A DNA stretch of 33,248 nucleotides. Origin: Candidatus Iainarchaeum sp. (GTDB lineage Archaea > Iainarchaeota > Iainarchaeia > Iainarchaeales > JAFCFF01). Under the pieces are notes generated by a model, which was given only the letters and a program-made list of their open reading frames with translations, was not told the DNA's origin and did not search any database. Location: positions 1-33,248 of the forward strand of contig JAFCFF010000001.1 in the NCBI GenBank assembly GCA_017608775.1, written 5' to 3'. The position numbers and the translations under genes were made by a program. Shown here one piece after another: positions 1-7,912 of the stretch (the stretch's first letter is position 1; every line of letters starts with the position of its first letter).

Positions 1-138
1 TGAAATATTGGCTCTTTTTTTTTTTTGTTCCTTGATAAATGGCTCCTCAAACCCCGCTTCTGTGTTTACTATGCCAAGACACACAACAGAACCCGAGGGG
101 ATCTCCTCAACCAAGACCTTTATCAGGGAACGATACAT
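1..138 (-). CDS. Partial (N-terminal 46 codons) hypothetical protein running off the window start
   Basis: ATG at 138-136 opens MYRSLIKVLVEEIPSGSVVCLGIVNTEAGFEEPFIKEQKKKRANIS with no stop to position 1; TATA-like AAAGGCTTTTAT about 23 nt upstream on the minus strand. Confidence 0.6.
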   Translation of the reverse strand, partial: MYRSLIKVLVEEIPSGSVVCLGIVNTEAGFEEPFIKEQKKKRANIS

Positions 139-160
139 AGAAGAGAAATAAGAAAAGAAA

Positions 161-228
161 ATAAAAGCCTTTTCAAAAAATAAGTTTTGCTTCCCAGAAA
201 ATTAAAAAGATAAAAGAAAGGCTTTTAT
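161..228. promoter_or_regulatory. Divergent pair of BRE/TATA-like promoters forming a 12-bp inverted repeat
   Basis: ATAAAAGCCTTT (161-172) and AAAGGCTTTTAT (217-228), each 22-25 nt before an ATG (138 minus, 254 plus). Confidence 0.55.
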
Positions 229-253
229 AGGAAAATAAGTTTTTCTCTTCGGA

Positions 254-937
254 ATGGTTAAAAAAACACAGGAGTTGATGCAGGTAAGGCTTGAAGAAGG
301 CAAGAGCGACATTGAAACCCTCAAGAAAACTGAAAAGAAGGCATTGGAGGTTGCTATTGCCATAGCCCATGATAAGGCAGGAAGTATAATAGTTGTTGGG
401 GACACCCAAAGCTACTCGATGCATTTTCCAAACTTTTTTCATGGAAAAAAAGTCTATATTTTTGACAAGGGAATGGTAGAGGTCTTAAGAAGACTGGGGG
501 AGATAGACGGGGCCTTGATAATAGCACCAAACGGAAGGATAATGGCCTATGGTACGCGTTTGCTAAAACAAAAAACAATGAAGGGAAAAGGAACAAGACA
601 TGCTGCTGCCTTTGGAATAAGTGAAGAGGAGGGAGTCACAGCAATTTTAATAAGTGAGGAAGACAACAACATAAAGATATTCAAGAAAGGTAAGCTTATC
701 TTAGAGATAAACCCATACAGCAAAAACATCGAGGACAACATAACAAAAATCGTGGATCTAATCAACAACCCAACCATAGCTGTTTTAGCGGGAGCAAGCG
801 TTGCAGCACCCATACTGGGAATAACTTTTGTTCCTGGAATTATTGTGTTTACCGGAAGCTACTATATAGCAAAGTCTCTTTTTGAACTTCTTAAAAACTT
901 TGAAAGAAACTTTCTAAAAAGAAGAAGGTTGTTTTAG
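254..937 (+). CDS. Diadenylate cyclase (DAC/DisA_N domain) protein with C-terminal hydrophobic segment
   Basis: DGA motif (GEIDGALII), GTRHAAA motif, ISEED; N-terminal LEVAIAIAH..GSIIVVGD resembles the archaeal DacZ catalytic domain. Confidence 0.85.
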   Translation: MVKKTQELMQVRLEEGKSDIETLKKTEKKALEVAIAIAHDKAGSIIVVGDTQSYSMHFPNFFHGKKVYIFDKGMVEVLRRLGEIDGALIIAPNGRIMAYGTRLLKQKTMKGKGTRHAAAFGISEEEGVTAILISEEDNNIKIFKKGKLILEINPYSKNIEDNITKIVDLINNPTIAVLAGASVAAPILGITFVPGIIVFTGSYYIAKSLFELLKNFERNFLKRRRLF

Positions 938-951
938 CTTGTTGTTTAGTA

Positions 952-1025
952 TGCCCCGGCCGGGATTCGAACCCGGGTCTCGGCCTCGAGAGGGCCGAAT
1001 CATTAACCAACTAGACCACCGGGGC
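952..1025 (-). tRNA. tRNA-Glu(CTC)
   Basis: GCCCCGG/CCGGGGC acceptor stem; anticodon arm CGGCC-CT CTC GA-GGCCG; T-loop TTCGAAT; CCA not encoded. Confidence 0.96.
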
Positions 1026-1115
1026 CTCAAACAAACTAGAAAAAGAAAAACATTAAAAATAGAAATTTAAAGGAGTGGGAAGGAAAACCAATAAAAAATA
1101 GTAAAGTGTCTTGTG

Positions 1116-1292
1116 CTAATATTCTTCCTCTTTTTGAGGAGGCTCTTCATCCTCAAATTCCTCTTGCATTTCTTCTTCCACTGCCTCTATCTCCTCCTCA
1201 AAGGATTCTTCCTCTCCACACTCAGGACATTTTTCAGGTGGTTTATCTCCCCTATACTCATATCCACAATATATACAAACAAATGTGGGCAT
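1116..1292 (-). CDS. Rubredoxin-like small protein (58 aa) with acidic C-terminal tail; absent from ORF track
   Basis: MPTFVCIYCGYEYRGDKPPEKCPECGEEESFEEEIEAVEEEMQEEFEDEEPPQKEEEY; CxxCG...CPxCG; SD GGAGGT 6 nt upstream. Confidence 0.88.
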   Translation of the reverse strand: MPTFVCIYCGYEYRGDKPPEKCPECGEEESFEEEIEAVEEEMQEEFEDEEPPQKEEEY

Positions 1293-1437
1293 TTTCCTAC
1301 CTCCAAATAATTAAGTAAAGAAAGATATGTGAAAACTTAAAAATGTTTCATTTATTGGGGAATCTTAGAAAACAGTTGCTTGACAAGACTTATCAATATT
1401 TTAAAATTTATAAGGTTATTTTAATTTTATATTAACA

Positions 1438-1509
1438 GCTCCTGTAGCTCAGTGGTAGAGCGCTTCACTGGTAATGAAGAGGTCCTGGGTTCAAGTCCCA
1501 GCAGGAGCT
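1438..1509 (+). tRNA. tRNA-Thr(GGT)
   Basis: GCTCCTG/CAGGAGC acceptor; anticodon arm CTTCA-CT GGT AA-TGAAG; T-arm CTGGG-TTCAAGT-CCCAG; TTTATAA box near 1407-1413. Confidence 0.96.
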
Positions 1510-1512
1510 TTT

Positions 1513-2061
1513 ATGATAAGAAAGGTAAGGGTTGTAGGAAGAAAAAGTGTTTTTAAGGGGGATAAGTTCAATCTCTTGCTTGAACGCTTTAAAATAGAAA
1601 AAGATGGCAGGGTGTTAGAGGTTGAAAGAGAGGTGGATCATGGGCCTAACACGACAATAATCTTGCCTTTGTTCAAGAATAAAGATATCTTATGCATAAA
1701 AGAATTTAGGTATCCTTTGAGAAAATGGTTTTATGAGTTACCTGCTGGCACAGAGAAAAAAGGAGAGCCAATACTAAAAACAGCAAAAAGAGAGCTTTTG
1801 GAGGAGACAGGATACAAAGCAAAAAAATGGGTTAAGTTAGGGGAGTTTTACTACAGACTGGCAAGAACATCAACAAAAACAACAATATTTTTGGCAGAGA
1901 ACTTGGAAAACATGAGAAAGAAACATTTGGAGAGGTATGAAATGATAAAAACAAAAAGAATGAGTTTAAAAGAGTTTGAAAGGCTTTTTTTGAAAAATAG
2001 AAAGACAGAAGGAAACTTTGTTCTTGCCTATTATCTTGCAAAGGAAAAGGGATTTATATAG
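1513..2061 (+). CDS. NUDIX hydrolase (ADP-ribose pyrophosphatase-like)
   Basis: Perfect Nudix box G-TEKKG-E-PILKTAK-RELLEETGY preceded by ELPAG; start moved from 1474 (inside tRNA-Thr) to ATG 1513. Confidence 0.9.
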   Translation: MIRKVRVVGRKSVFKGDKFNLLLERFKIEKDGRVLEVEREVDHGPNTTIILPLFKNKDILCIKEFRYPLRKWFYELPAGTEKKGEPILKTAKRELLEETGYKAKKWVKLGEFYYRLARTSTKTTIFLAENLENMRKKHLERYEMIKTKRMSLKEFERLFLKNRKTEGNFVLAYYLAKEKGFI

Positions 2062-2082
2062 TATGGGGCTTGTAGTGATAAA

Positions 2083-2832
2083 ATGGAATTGGGCTATTTA
2101 AATATCAAAGATAAAAAAGATGAGAAAGTAATCTTGGATGGCGAAGATGATAAAAGCATTCTTGATTTTTGCATAAAAAGTTTTAATATTCTTGAAGAAA
2201 AACTATTGGAATGGTCAGTAAACCATATTGATAAAAATATTTTTGAAGATGGAAAAAATTTTGAGAAATTTTGGAAAAAAATAAAAGGAAGGGAAGGTAA
2301 AAAAGCTGCTGAAAATTTTTTAGTTGGAATAAAAGATAAAAAAATTGAAAAGCTTTTGTTAGTCTTCTCAAAGATAATACTTTTCAGGAGTTTTTTCTAC
2401 AACAAAACAAGAAAAGAGGGAATAGGGTTTGGAGAAGGGGATCAAATTGTTTTTTATGTAAGTACTCAAAAATGGAAAGCTGTGAGAAAAATTAACTTTG
2501 AAAAAAACACTTTGAAGAAAAATGTTGTTCTGTTCTTTACAAACTTGTTTGCAAGTCTTGAAAGAAAAATTGAGGAAAAGCTCCATAAATTTTTTGGGAA
2601 AGAAAATTTTGAAAATTTTCTAAAAGATATGGAAAAAAGAAAAATAGGTGATTTTAAGGATTTAAGCAATGTCAAAGAAGAAATAAAGGAATTCTTAGAT
2701 GGAAAGATACAAAAAAATTTAGAATTTTTAGCAAATTTTATTATTTTTGTTTTACTTTATAAAAAAGGATTTAAAATTCTATACAAAGAAGCAGAACAAA
2801 AATTAAAAATTCCGAAGGGAACAAAAATATAA
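2083..2832 (+). CDS. Hypothetical protein (249 aa, Lys/Phe/Glu-rich)
   Basis: Long ATG-initiated ORF in AT-rich DNA; no motif recognised. Confidence 0.7.
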   Translation: MELGYLNIKDKKDEKVILDGEDDKSILDFCIKSFNILEEKLLEWSVNHIDKNIFEDGKNFEKFWKKIKGREGKKAAENFLVGIKDKKIEKLLLVFSKIILFRSFFYNKTRKEGIGFGEGDQIVFYVSTQKWKAVRKINFEKNTLKKNVVLFFTNLFASLERKIEEKLHKFFGKENFENFLKDMEKRKIGDFKDLSNVKEEIKEFLDGKIQKNLEFLANFIIFVLLYKKGFKILYKEAEQKLKIPKGTKI

Positions 2833-2894
2833 AGCTTAAAAGAATTGTCTCTGTTTTAATTAGTAATAAAAGAAGAAAAAAGGGGGTAACTAGA

Positions 2895-3050
2895 ATGGTT
2901 GATGGAAGAGGGCGTATGGGCGGCTATGGTCTTGGCCCTGGTGGGGAATGTGTATGTCCAAAATGTGGTTACAGGATGACACATCCAAGAGGAATTCCCT
3001 GCTATAAACAAAAGTGCCCAAAATGCGGAGAATTAATGAAAAGAGCTTAG
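2895..3050 (+). CDS. Small Cys-rich double zinc-knuckle protein (51 aa); absent from ORF track
   Basis: MVDGRGRMGGYGLGPGGECVCPKCGYRMTHPRGIPCYKQKCPKCGELMKRA; SD-like AGGGGGT at 2881-2887; 9 nt before the next gene. Confidence 0.88.
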   Translation: MVDGRGRMGGYGLGPGGECVCPKCGYRMTHPRGIPCYKQKCPKCGELMKRA

Positions 3051-3059
3051 TAGATACAA

Positions 3060-3920
3060 ATGAAAAAAATTATTGTAGTAGTTGTTGCAGTTTTTGTAGT
3101 TTTTTTGTTGATTTTGTTTTTTGGCATCAAAAACACATACAAAAAAGAAAAAATGGTTGAAGACATGGGAAGTGAAAAAGAGGTGGAAACAAAAGATAAG
3201 ATAGGTTTAAGCTTGATTACAACTTATGACAACTACAAATTCAACCCAGAACTAAAAACAGGATGGGGATTTTCCTGTTTAATAAAAATAGAAGATAAAA
3301 ACATATTGTTTGACACTGGAGGCGATCATCTAAAGCTTTTATATAACATGGAAAAACTGAAAATAGATCCCAAAAAAATTGATATGGTTGTGTTATCACA
3401 TATACATTGGGATCATGTTGGCGGTCTTGCAGGAATACTAGAAACAAACCCCAATGTTGATGTGTACCTCCCAAAATCCTTTCCGCCCAAGTTTAAGGAG
3501 GAAATAAAGTCATATGGGGCACGTGTTGTAGAAGTTGATAATGCAACAAAAATATTTGATGGAGTTTACACAACTGGCGAACTTGGAACATGGATAAAAT
3601 GGATAAAAGAACAGTCTCTGATTGTTAAGACAGAAAAGGGTTTGGTTGTTGTAACTGGTTGTGCACATCCCGGAGTCGTTAATATTGTTAAGTCAGCAAA
3701 AAAACTAATCAATGATAAAGTATATCTTGTTATTGGGGGGTTTCATTTACTGGCTGCTACTGATCTTAGCTTAAGAAAAATAATAAAAAATTTTAGAGAG
3801 CTTGGTGTAAAAAAAGTGGCACCTTGTCATTGTTCTGGTAACAGAACAAGAAAATTGTTTGAGGAAGAATACAAAAAAGATTTTATAGAAAACGGGGTTG
3901 GAAAAATAGTCAAAATATGA
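3060..3920 (+). CDS. MBL-fold metallo-hydrolase (COG1237/MJ0301-like) with N-terminal membrane anchor
   Basis: WGFSCLI, LFDTG, SHIHWDHVGG (HxHxDH), TGCAHPG, GGFHL, PCHCSG; hydrophobic residues 4-22. Confidence 0.9.
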   Translation: MKKIIVVVVAVFVVFLLILFFGIKNTYKKEKMVEDMGSEKEVETKDKIGLSLITTYDNYKFNPELKTGWGFSCLIKIEDKNILFDTGGDHLKLLYNMEKLKIDPKKIDMVVLSHIHWDHVGGLAGILETNPNVDVYLPKSFPPKFKEEIKSYGARVVEVDNATKIFDGVYTTGELGTWIKWIKEQSLIVKTEKGLVVVTGCAHPGVVNIVKSAKKLINDKVYLVIGGFHLLAATDLSLRKIIKNFRELGVKKVAPCHCSGNRTRKLFEEEYKKDFIENGVGKIVKI

Positions 3921-4013
3921 AGAGTAGTAAAGAGTTTTGCTTGAGAGACAGCAGTAAAATAACATGGGCACAAAATTTAAGATTTATAAATTTGCTTCTT
4001 CTTTTTCTTTTTA

Positions 4014-4088
4014 GGGCCTGTGGTGTAGTTTGGTCTAGCATCGGGGCTTTGGGAGCCTCAGACCCCGGTTCAAATCCGGGCAGGCCCA
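4014..4088 (+). tRNA. tRNA-Pro(TGG)
   Basis: GGGCCTG/CAGGCCC acceptor; anticodon arm GGGGC-TT TGG GA-GCCTC; T-loop TTCAAAT; TTTATAAA box at 3983-3990. Confidence 0.96.
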
Positions 4089-4102
4089 TCCTAAAAAAAT
4101 AG

Positions 4103-5542
4103 TTATTTTTTTGAAATAGTTTCCTCTGATATTTTTTTCTTTTCTTCCTGTCTTTTTTTCTCTATGGATTCAAAAAGAGTTTGGGAAATCTTTGTTGGGT
4201 ATTTTCCTGTTAGACATGCATCACATATTTCGTCTCTTCCGATAGATTTTTTTAGGTTTTCTAGGGTCATGTAAATAACCTCATCAGCACCGATTTCCCC
4301 TGCGATTTCTTCCTCGGTTTTATAGGAGGCCATAAGCTCTGCTCTTGTTTGCATGTCAATACCATAAAAGCAAGGATATCTTATTGGCGGCGTTGTTAAA
4401 AGAAAGTAAACTCTTGAAGCGCCTTGTTTTCTTAACATTGAAATTATTTTTTTTGCTGTTGTGCCCCTAACAAGAGAGTCGTCGATCAAAACGATTTTCT
4501 TTCCCTCAATCTCTTCTTTTATGGGCATTAGTTTTAGCTTTACGGCGTCTTCTCTTTTTGTCTGGCCTGGCATGATAAATGTCCTTCCAACATATCTGTT
4601 TTTCACAAAAACTTCTCTGTATGGCATATCTGTTAGCTCAGCAAAGGCCTGGGCTGCGACTATGGAGGTTGTTGGAACAGGAGTAACAATATCTGCATCT
4701 TTTTTTAATCTTAGCCATTGCAGAGCAAGAAATTTCCCAAGGTTTCTCCTAACACTATAAACAAGTTTTTTCTCAAAATAGTTGTCAGGTCTTGAGAAAT
4801 ATGTGTACTCAAACATGCATGGCTTTGGCTCGGCAGGCACTATTTGTTTTGAGAGGATTTCTCTTTTGTTAAAGGAAATAAAAATTGCCTCTCCTGGTCT
4901 TACATCCCTAGAGTATGAGAAGTCAAGCATATCAAAACACTGAGTTTCAGAGGAAAAAGCAAATTCCTTTCCAAATGGAGTTTCCTTTAACCCAAGAACA
5001 AGAGGCCTTATCCCAAACCTATCTCTAAAGGCAAGCATCCCGTTTTCAAGAACGCAAATAACAGAGTAGGCACCATTTAGCTCAGACATTGTCTCCTCAA
5101 CTGCCTTGAATATATTTTCCTCTGTTGGGGGGGATAGCTTAGAAGAAAAAATTTCCAAAATAAGTTCTGCATCACATCCTGAGGAAGTTTTGTGGGTTTG
5201 AACCAGGTTATGATAGTTTGCGATGTTTCCGTTGTGGCATAAAGCAATCTTTCCTGTTTTTTTGTTTTCCCTTAAAAACGGCTGGGCATCCTCTGCCTTG
5301 CCCCCGCCGACTGTTGGGTATCTTGTCTGTCCTATCGCAACAAATCCCTTTAACTCAGCAACAATTTTTTGTAAAAAAACCTCATCAACATATCCCTTTC
5401 CCTTGTGGGAGTAAAAATTCTTTCCATCAAAAGACACAATCCCGGCAGCATCTTGCCCCCTGTGCTGAAGAAGAAGTAGTGCTTTATAAACGTCGATACT
5501 AGCGTTGTTTCCTAAGGATAAAAAACCAGCAATGCCGCACAT
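4103..5542 (-). CDS. purF: Amidophosphoribosyltransferase (Fe-S type, no propeptide)
   Basis: N-terminal MCGIAG nucleophile, QHRGQDAAG, HNGN, CMFEYTYFSRPD, PRPP loop IDDSLVRGTT, PCFYGID, CDACLTG; ATG at 5542. Confidence 0.97.
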   Translation of the reverse strand: MCGIAGFLSLGNNASIDVYKALLLLQHRGQDAAGIVSFDGKNFYSHKGKGYVDEVFLQKIVAELKGFVAIGQTRYPTVGGGKAEDAQPFLRENKKTGKIALCHNGNIANYHNLVQTHKTSSGCDAELILEIFSSKLSPPTEENIFKAVEETMSELNGAYSVICVLENGMLAFRDRFGIRPLVLGLKETPFGKEFAFSSETQCFDMLDFSYSRDVRPGEAIFISFNKREILSKQIVPAEPKPCMFEYTYFSRPDNYFEKKLVYSVRRNLGKFLALQWLRLKKDADIVTPVPTTSIVAAQAFAELTDMPYREVFVKNRYVGRTFIMPGQTKREDAVKLKLMPIKEEIEGKKIVLIDDSLVRGTTAKKIISMLRKQGASRVYFLLTTPPIRYPCFYGIDMQTRAELMASYKTEEEIAGEIGADEVIYMTLENLKKSIGRDEICDACLTGKYPTKISQTLFESIEKKRQEEKKKISEETISKK

Positions 5543-5626
5543 CAAAACCTAAAAAACCTCTCACAAAAAATATTTAAAGGTGTCAATATAATTTGTTTTT
5601 ATTTGTTTTCTTCCTCCATTTTTTTA

Positions 5627-5722
5627 CCCCTCATAGCTCAACGGTAGAGCGCTCGGCTGTAGTCGTTGTTTGCCTAAACGGCAGAAACCGAGAGGTTCCC
5701 GGTCCGAATCCGGGTGAGGGGA
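5627..5722 (+). tRNA. tRNA-Tyr(GTA) with 24-nt intron at 37/38 (5663-5686)
   Basis: C1-G72 acceptor CCCCTCA/TGAGGGG; anticodon stem CTCGG/CCGAG; bulge-helix-bulge with CTGT:GCAG helix, AG/T and AA/A bulges, CGTT:AACG outer helix. Confidence 0.93.
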
Positions 5723-5738
5723 CTCCACACAACCAAGC

Positions 5739-6779
5739 CTAACCAGGAATTTGTTTGTTTCTTTTCTTTATCATCTCCAAAACAAGGAAAACTATGTCTT
5801 TTGCCTCTTTTCTTATTTTCATTTTTTCTATTATTTTGCTTGCTTTGTTGAGATGATTAATAATTTCTTTTTTCATTTTTTTAGAAACTCCATGTTTTAT
5901 AGCAATTTTTCTAACTCTGTCAAGGGTTTCCCTTCTCTGGGGCTTTCCTAGAACAGATTTCAGAAATTTTTTCTCTTTGGCATTTGCTTTTGTGTATACT
6001 CTCTTGAAAAAAACTGTTGCTCTATCTTCCTTTAGGTCAGAACCGATAGGCTTTTGCAAATATTTTTGTGTTGCAAATATTCCCAACAAATCATCTTGCA
6101 TTTGGAATGCTTTTCCTGCAAGTAATGCAAAACTCCTAAACTCTCCCTTGTAGCCCCCTGTCGCAAGAGCATATCCGACAGATAAAGGCATCTCAAAGCT
6201 GTAAAAGGCAGTTTTATTCAGGGTTGAATAGAAAATTTCTTTTTCAGAAAGAGTTTCTATGTTTGTGGCCTTGTTTGTTATGTCAAGAATTTCTCCAAGT
6301 CCTGTTCTGGAGGCACAATCAAAAGTTGTTTTCAAAGCAAAATATTTGTTTTTGGTTGGAAGCTTTATTTTATCAATACTTTTCAAACAATCAAAAAGAA
6401 GCAAATCACCAAAAATCATTGCCAGCTCTTTTGCTTCTCTATATTTTTTTCTCTTGAGTTGAATATGGAATGTTGGGACGCCTCTCCTTAAATTGTCATT
6501 ATCAACAATATCGTCATGTATCAAAAGAAAATTGTGAATTCCCTCCACCAATGCAAGGATGTGAAGAACAACCTTATAGTTTTTCTTTTTTGTGAGATAT
6601 CCGGCAGCAACAAGCAAAGGCCTTATTCTTTTTCCTCCCTTTGACAAAGAAAGATAAATGTTATAATACTCTGGTAGTTCTTTTTTGTAATGTTGTAGTG
6701 CAAAACGTTTGATTTCTCTGTCTGTGTTTTTTACGATATCCTTAATCAAACTAACTGTTTTTTCCATGTTTTTTTTCAT
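5739..6779 (-). CDS. idsA: Short-chain polyprenyl (geranylgeranyl) diphosphate synthase
   Basis: GGKRIRP, FARM HNFLLIHDDIVD..RRG with Phe at -5, KTA, SARM-region FQMQDDLLG, GSDLKE. Confidence 0.9.
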   Translation of the reverse strand: MKKNMEKTVSLIKDIVKNTDREIKRFALQHYKKELPEYYNIYLSLSKGGKRIRPLLVAAGYLTKKKNYKVVLHILALVEGIHNFLLIHDDIVDNDNLRRGVPTFHIQLKRKKYREAKELAMIFGDLLLFDCLKSIDKIKLPTKNKYFALKTTFDCASRTGLGEILDITNKATNIETLSEKEIFYSTLNKTAFYSFEMPLSVGYALATGGYKGEFRSFALLAGKAFQMQDDLLGIFATQKYLQKPIGSDLKEDRATVFFKRVYTKANAKEKKFLKSVLGKPQRRETLDRVRKIAIKHGVSKKMKKEIINHLNKASKIIEKMKIRKEAKDIVFLVLEMIKKRNKQIPG

Positions 6780-6817
6780 TAAGACTAAAGAGAAATAGAG
6801 GTTTAAAAAAGTTGGGT

Positions 6818-7543
6818 TTATTTTTGAGAATGTTTGTATTTGGGTTTGAGCCTGGCTTTTTTAACAACAAGATAATGCTCAAACTCTCCCTTGCTTTTGA
6901 TTTCTTTTTCTTCAAAAACTATTTTTTTCTTGAACAACGGCATATCCAAAACAAATGTTTCTGCCTCCCCTCCCTCAAACGCGGGGTTGAAACGAAATTT
7001 TTTGCTCAAGTAAATTATTTCTTTTATATCCTCCATACCAAGAATTTTACCCAAAAACTTTGTTGGAATGCCTTGGCTTGTTATTTTTGTTAGGGTAAAT
7101 AAAAAATTGTTTGTTATAAGCTCTTGTAGGTAGCTTTCCTGGCTTTTTTTCCAGAGTGGGGAAAAAACTTCCAACCCTAGCTTATTTGCAATTTGTTTAA
7201 CCCTTTTACTTTGATATTCAGAGGCAAGGGCACCAACAGAAATTGCTTTGATCTTAAATTTGTTTTTTGCTTTTTTAACGGCTTTTTCCAAGTCCCTAAG
7301 CTCCTTTTCCTTTTCTCCTTTTGTTTTTTGGAGGATAATTGGAATATCAAGGGCTTTTTTCTGTAATTCAAGCAAACTGATGTCCGGGTTATGAAACATA
7401 AATGAAAACTCATTAATCGGTTTTATTGAAATCAGGCAAGATATGTCGTATTTTTGTTTGTTTGCCAAATAAAGAGAAAAAAGACTGTCTTTTCCTCCAG
7501 AGGAGAGACAGCCCAGCCTTGTTTTTTTGTTTTTTTGTACCAT
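6818..7543 (-). CDS. dph6: Diphthine--ammonia ligase
   Basis: PP-loop SGGKDS, SFMFH, GEKEKE, GALASEYQ..RV, PLWK, FEGGEAETFVLDMPLF; ATG at 7543. Confidence 0.92.
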   Translation of the reverse strand: MVQKNKKTRLGCLSSGGKDSLFSLYLANKQKYDISCLISIKPINEFSFMFHNPDISLLELQKKALDIPIILQKTKGEKEKELRDLEKAVKKAKNKFKIKAISVGALASEYQSKRVKQIANKLGLEVFSPLWKKSQESYLQELITNNFLFTLTKITSQGIPTKFLGKILGMEDIKEIIYLSKKFRFNPAFEGGEAETFVLDMPLFKKKIVFEEKEIKSKGEFEHYLVVKKARLKPKYKHSQK

Positions 7544-7629
7544 AAACAAAAGCGCATAGAAATTTTATAAAATGGTTTTGTTCTTTTAAAAAAAATTTGA
7601 TTTGGATTTTTTTTCTTAGTTTGTTGTTT

Positions 7630-7670
7630 TTTTAATTTATTACAATAATGTTCTTTTAATTTATTACAAT
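7630..7670. repeat. 17-bp direct repeat TTTTAATTTATTACAAT x2 within a very AT-rich spacer
   Basis: Copies at 7630-7646 and 7654-7670. Confidence 0.7.
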
Positions 7671-7845
7671 TTTCTTTAAAACTTTTTAAAACAACTTTAA
7701 AAAATAAAAAAACATAAAAAAAAGATAATTTTTTGTTTTATTTTGTTTTATTAAGAAAAAGTAAACTTTTCAAACTAAAAAATAAAAAAGAGATAAATTT
7801 TCTTTTGTTTTTTTAAAAAAAAATAAAAAGCACGAAAATAAAATA

Positions 7846-7905
7846 GAAAGATATAAAAAGAAAGAAAAAAATATTCTAATTGTTATTTAAGTTTGTTTGG
7901 AGGTG
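7846..7905 (+). promoter_or_regulatory. BRE/TATA-like promoter and Shine-Dalgarno for the micro-ORF at 7913
   Basis: GAAAGATATAAAAAG at 7846-7860; GGAGGTG at 7899-7905, 7 nt before ATG. Confidence 0.7.
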
Positions 7906-7912
7906 TACATAA

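Noticed and set aside
1106..1318. Two plus-strand ORFs (1106-1318, 1113-1310)
   Set aside because: Antisense shadows of the minus-strand rubredoxin-like gene, which has the motif and SD
1474..1512. ORF-track N-terminal extension of the NUDIX gene
   Set aside because: Lies inside tRNA-Thr; ATG 1513 is the plausible start
2066..2075. GGGCTTGTAG resembling a tRNA 5' end or att remnant
   Set aside because: Only 10 nt, no further cloverleaf, no match to the flanking tRNAs
3917..4102. 61-aa plus-strand ORF
   Set aside because: Reads through the tRNA-Pro promoter and gene
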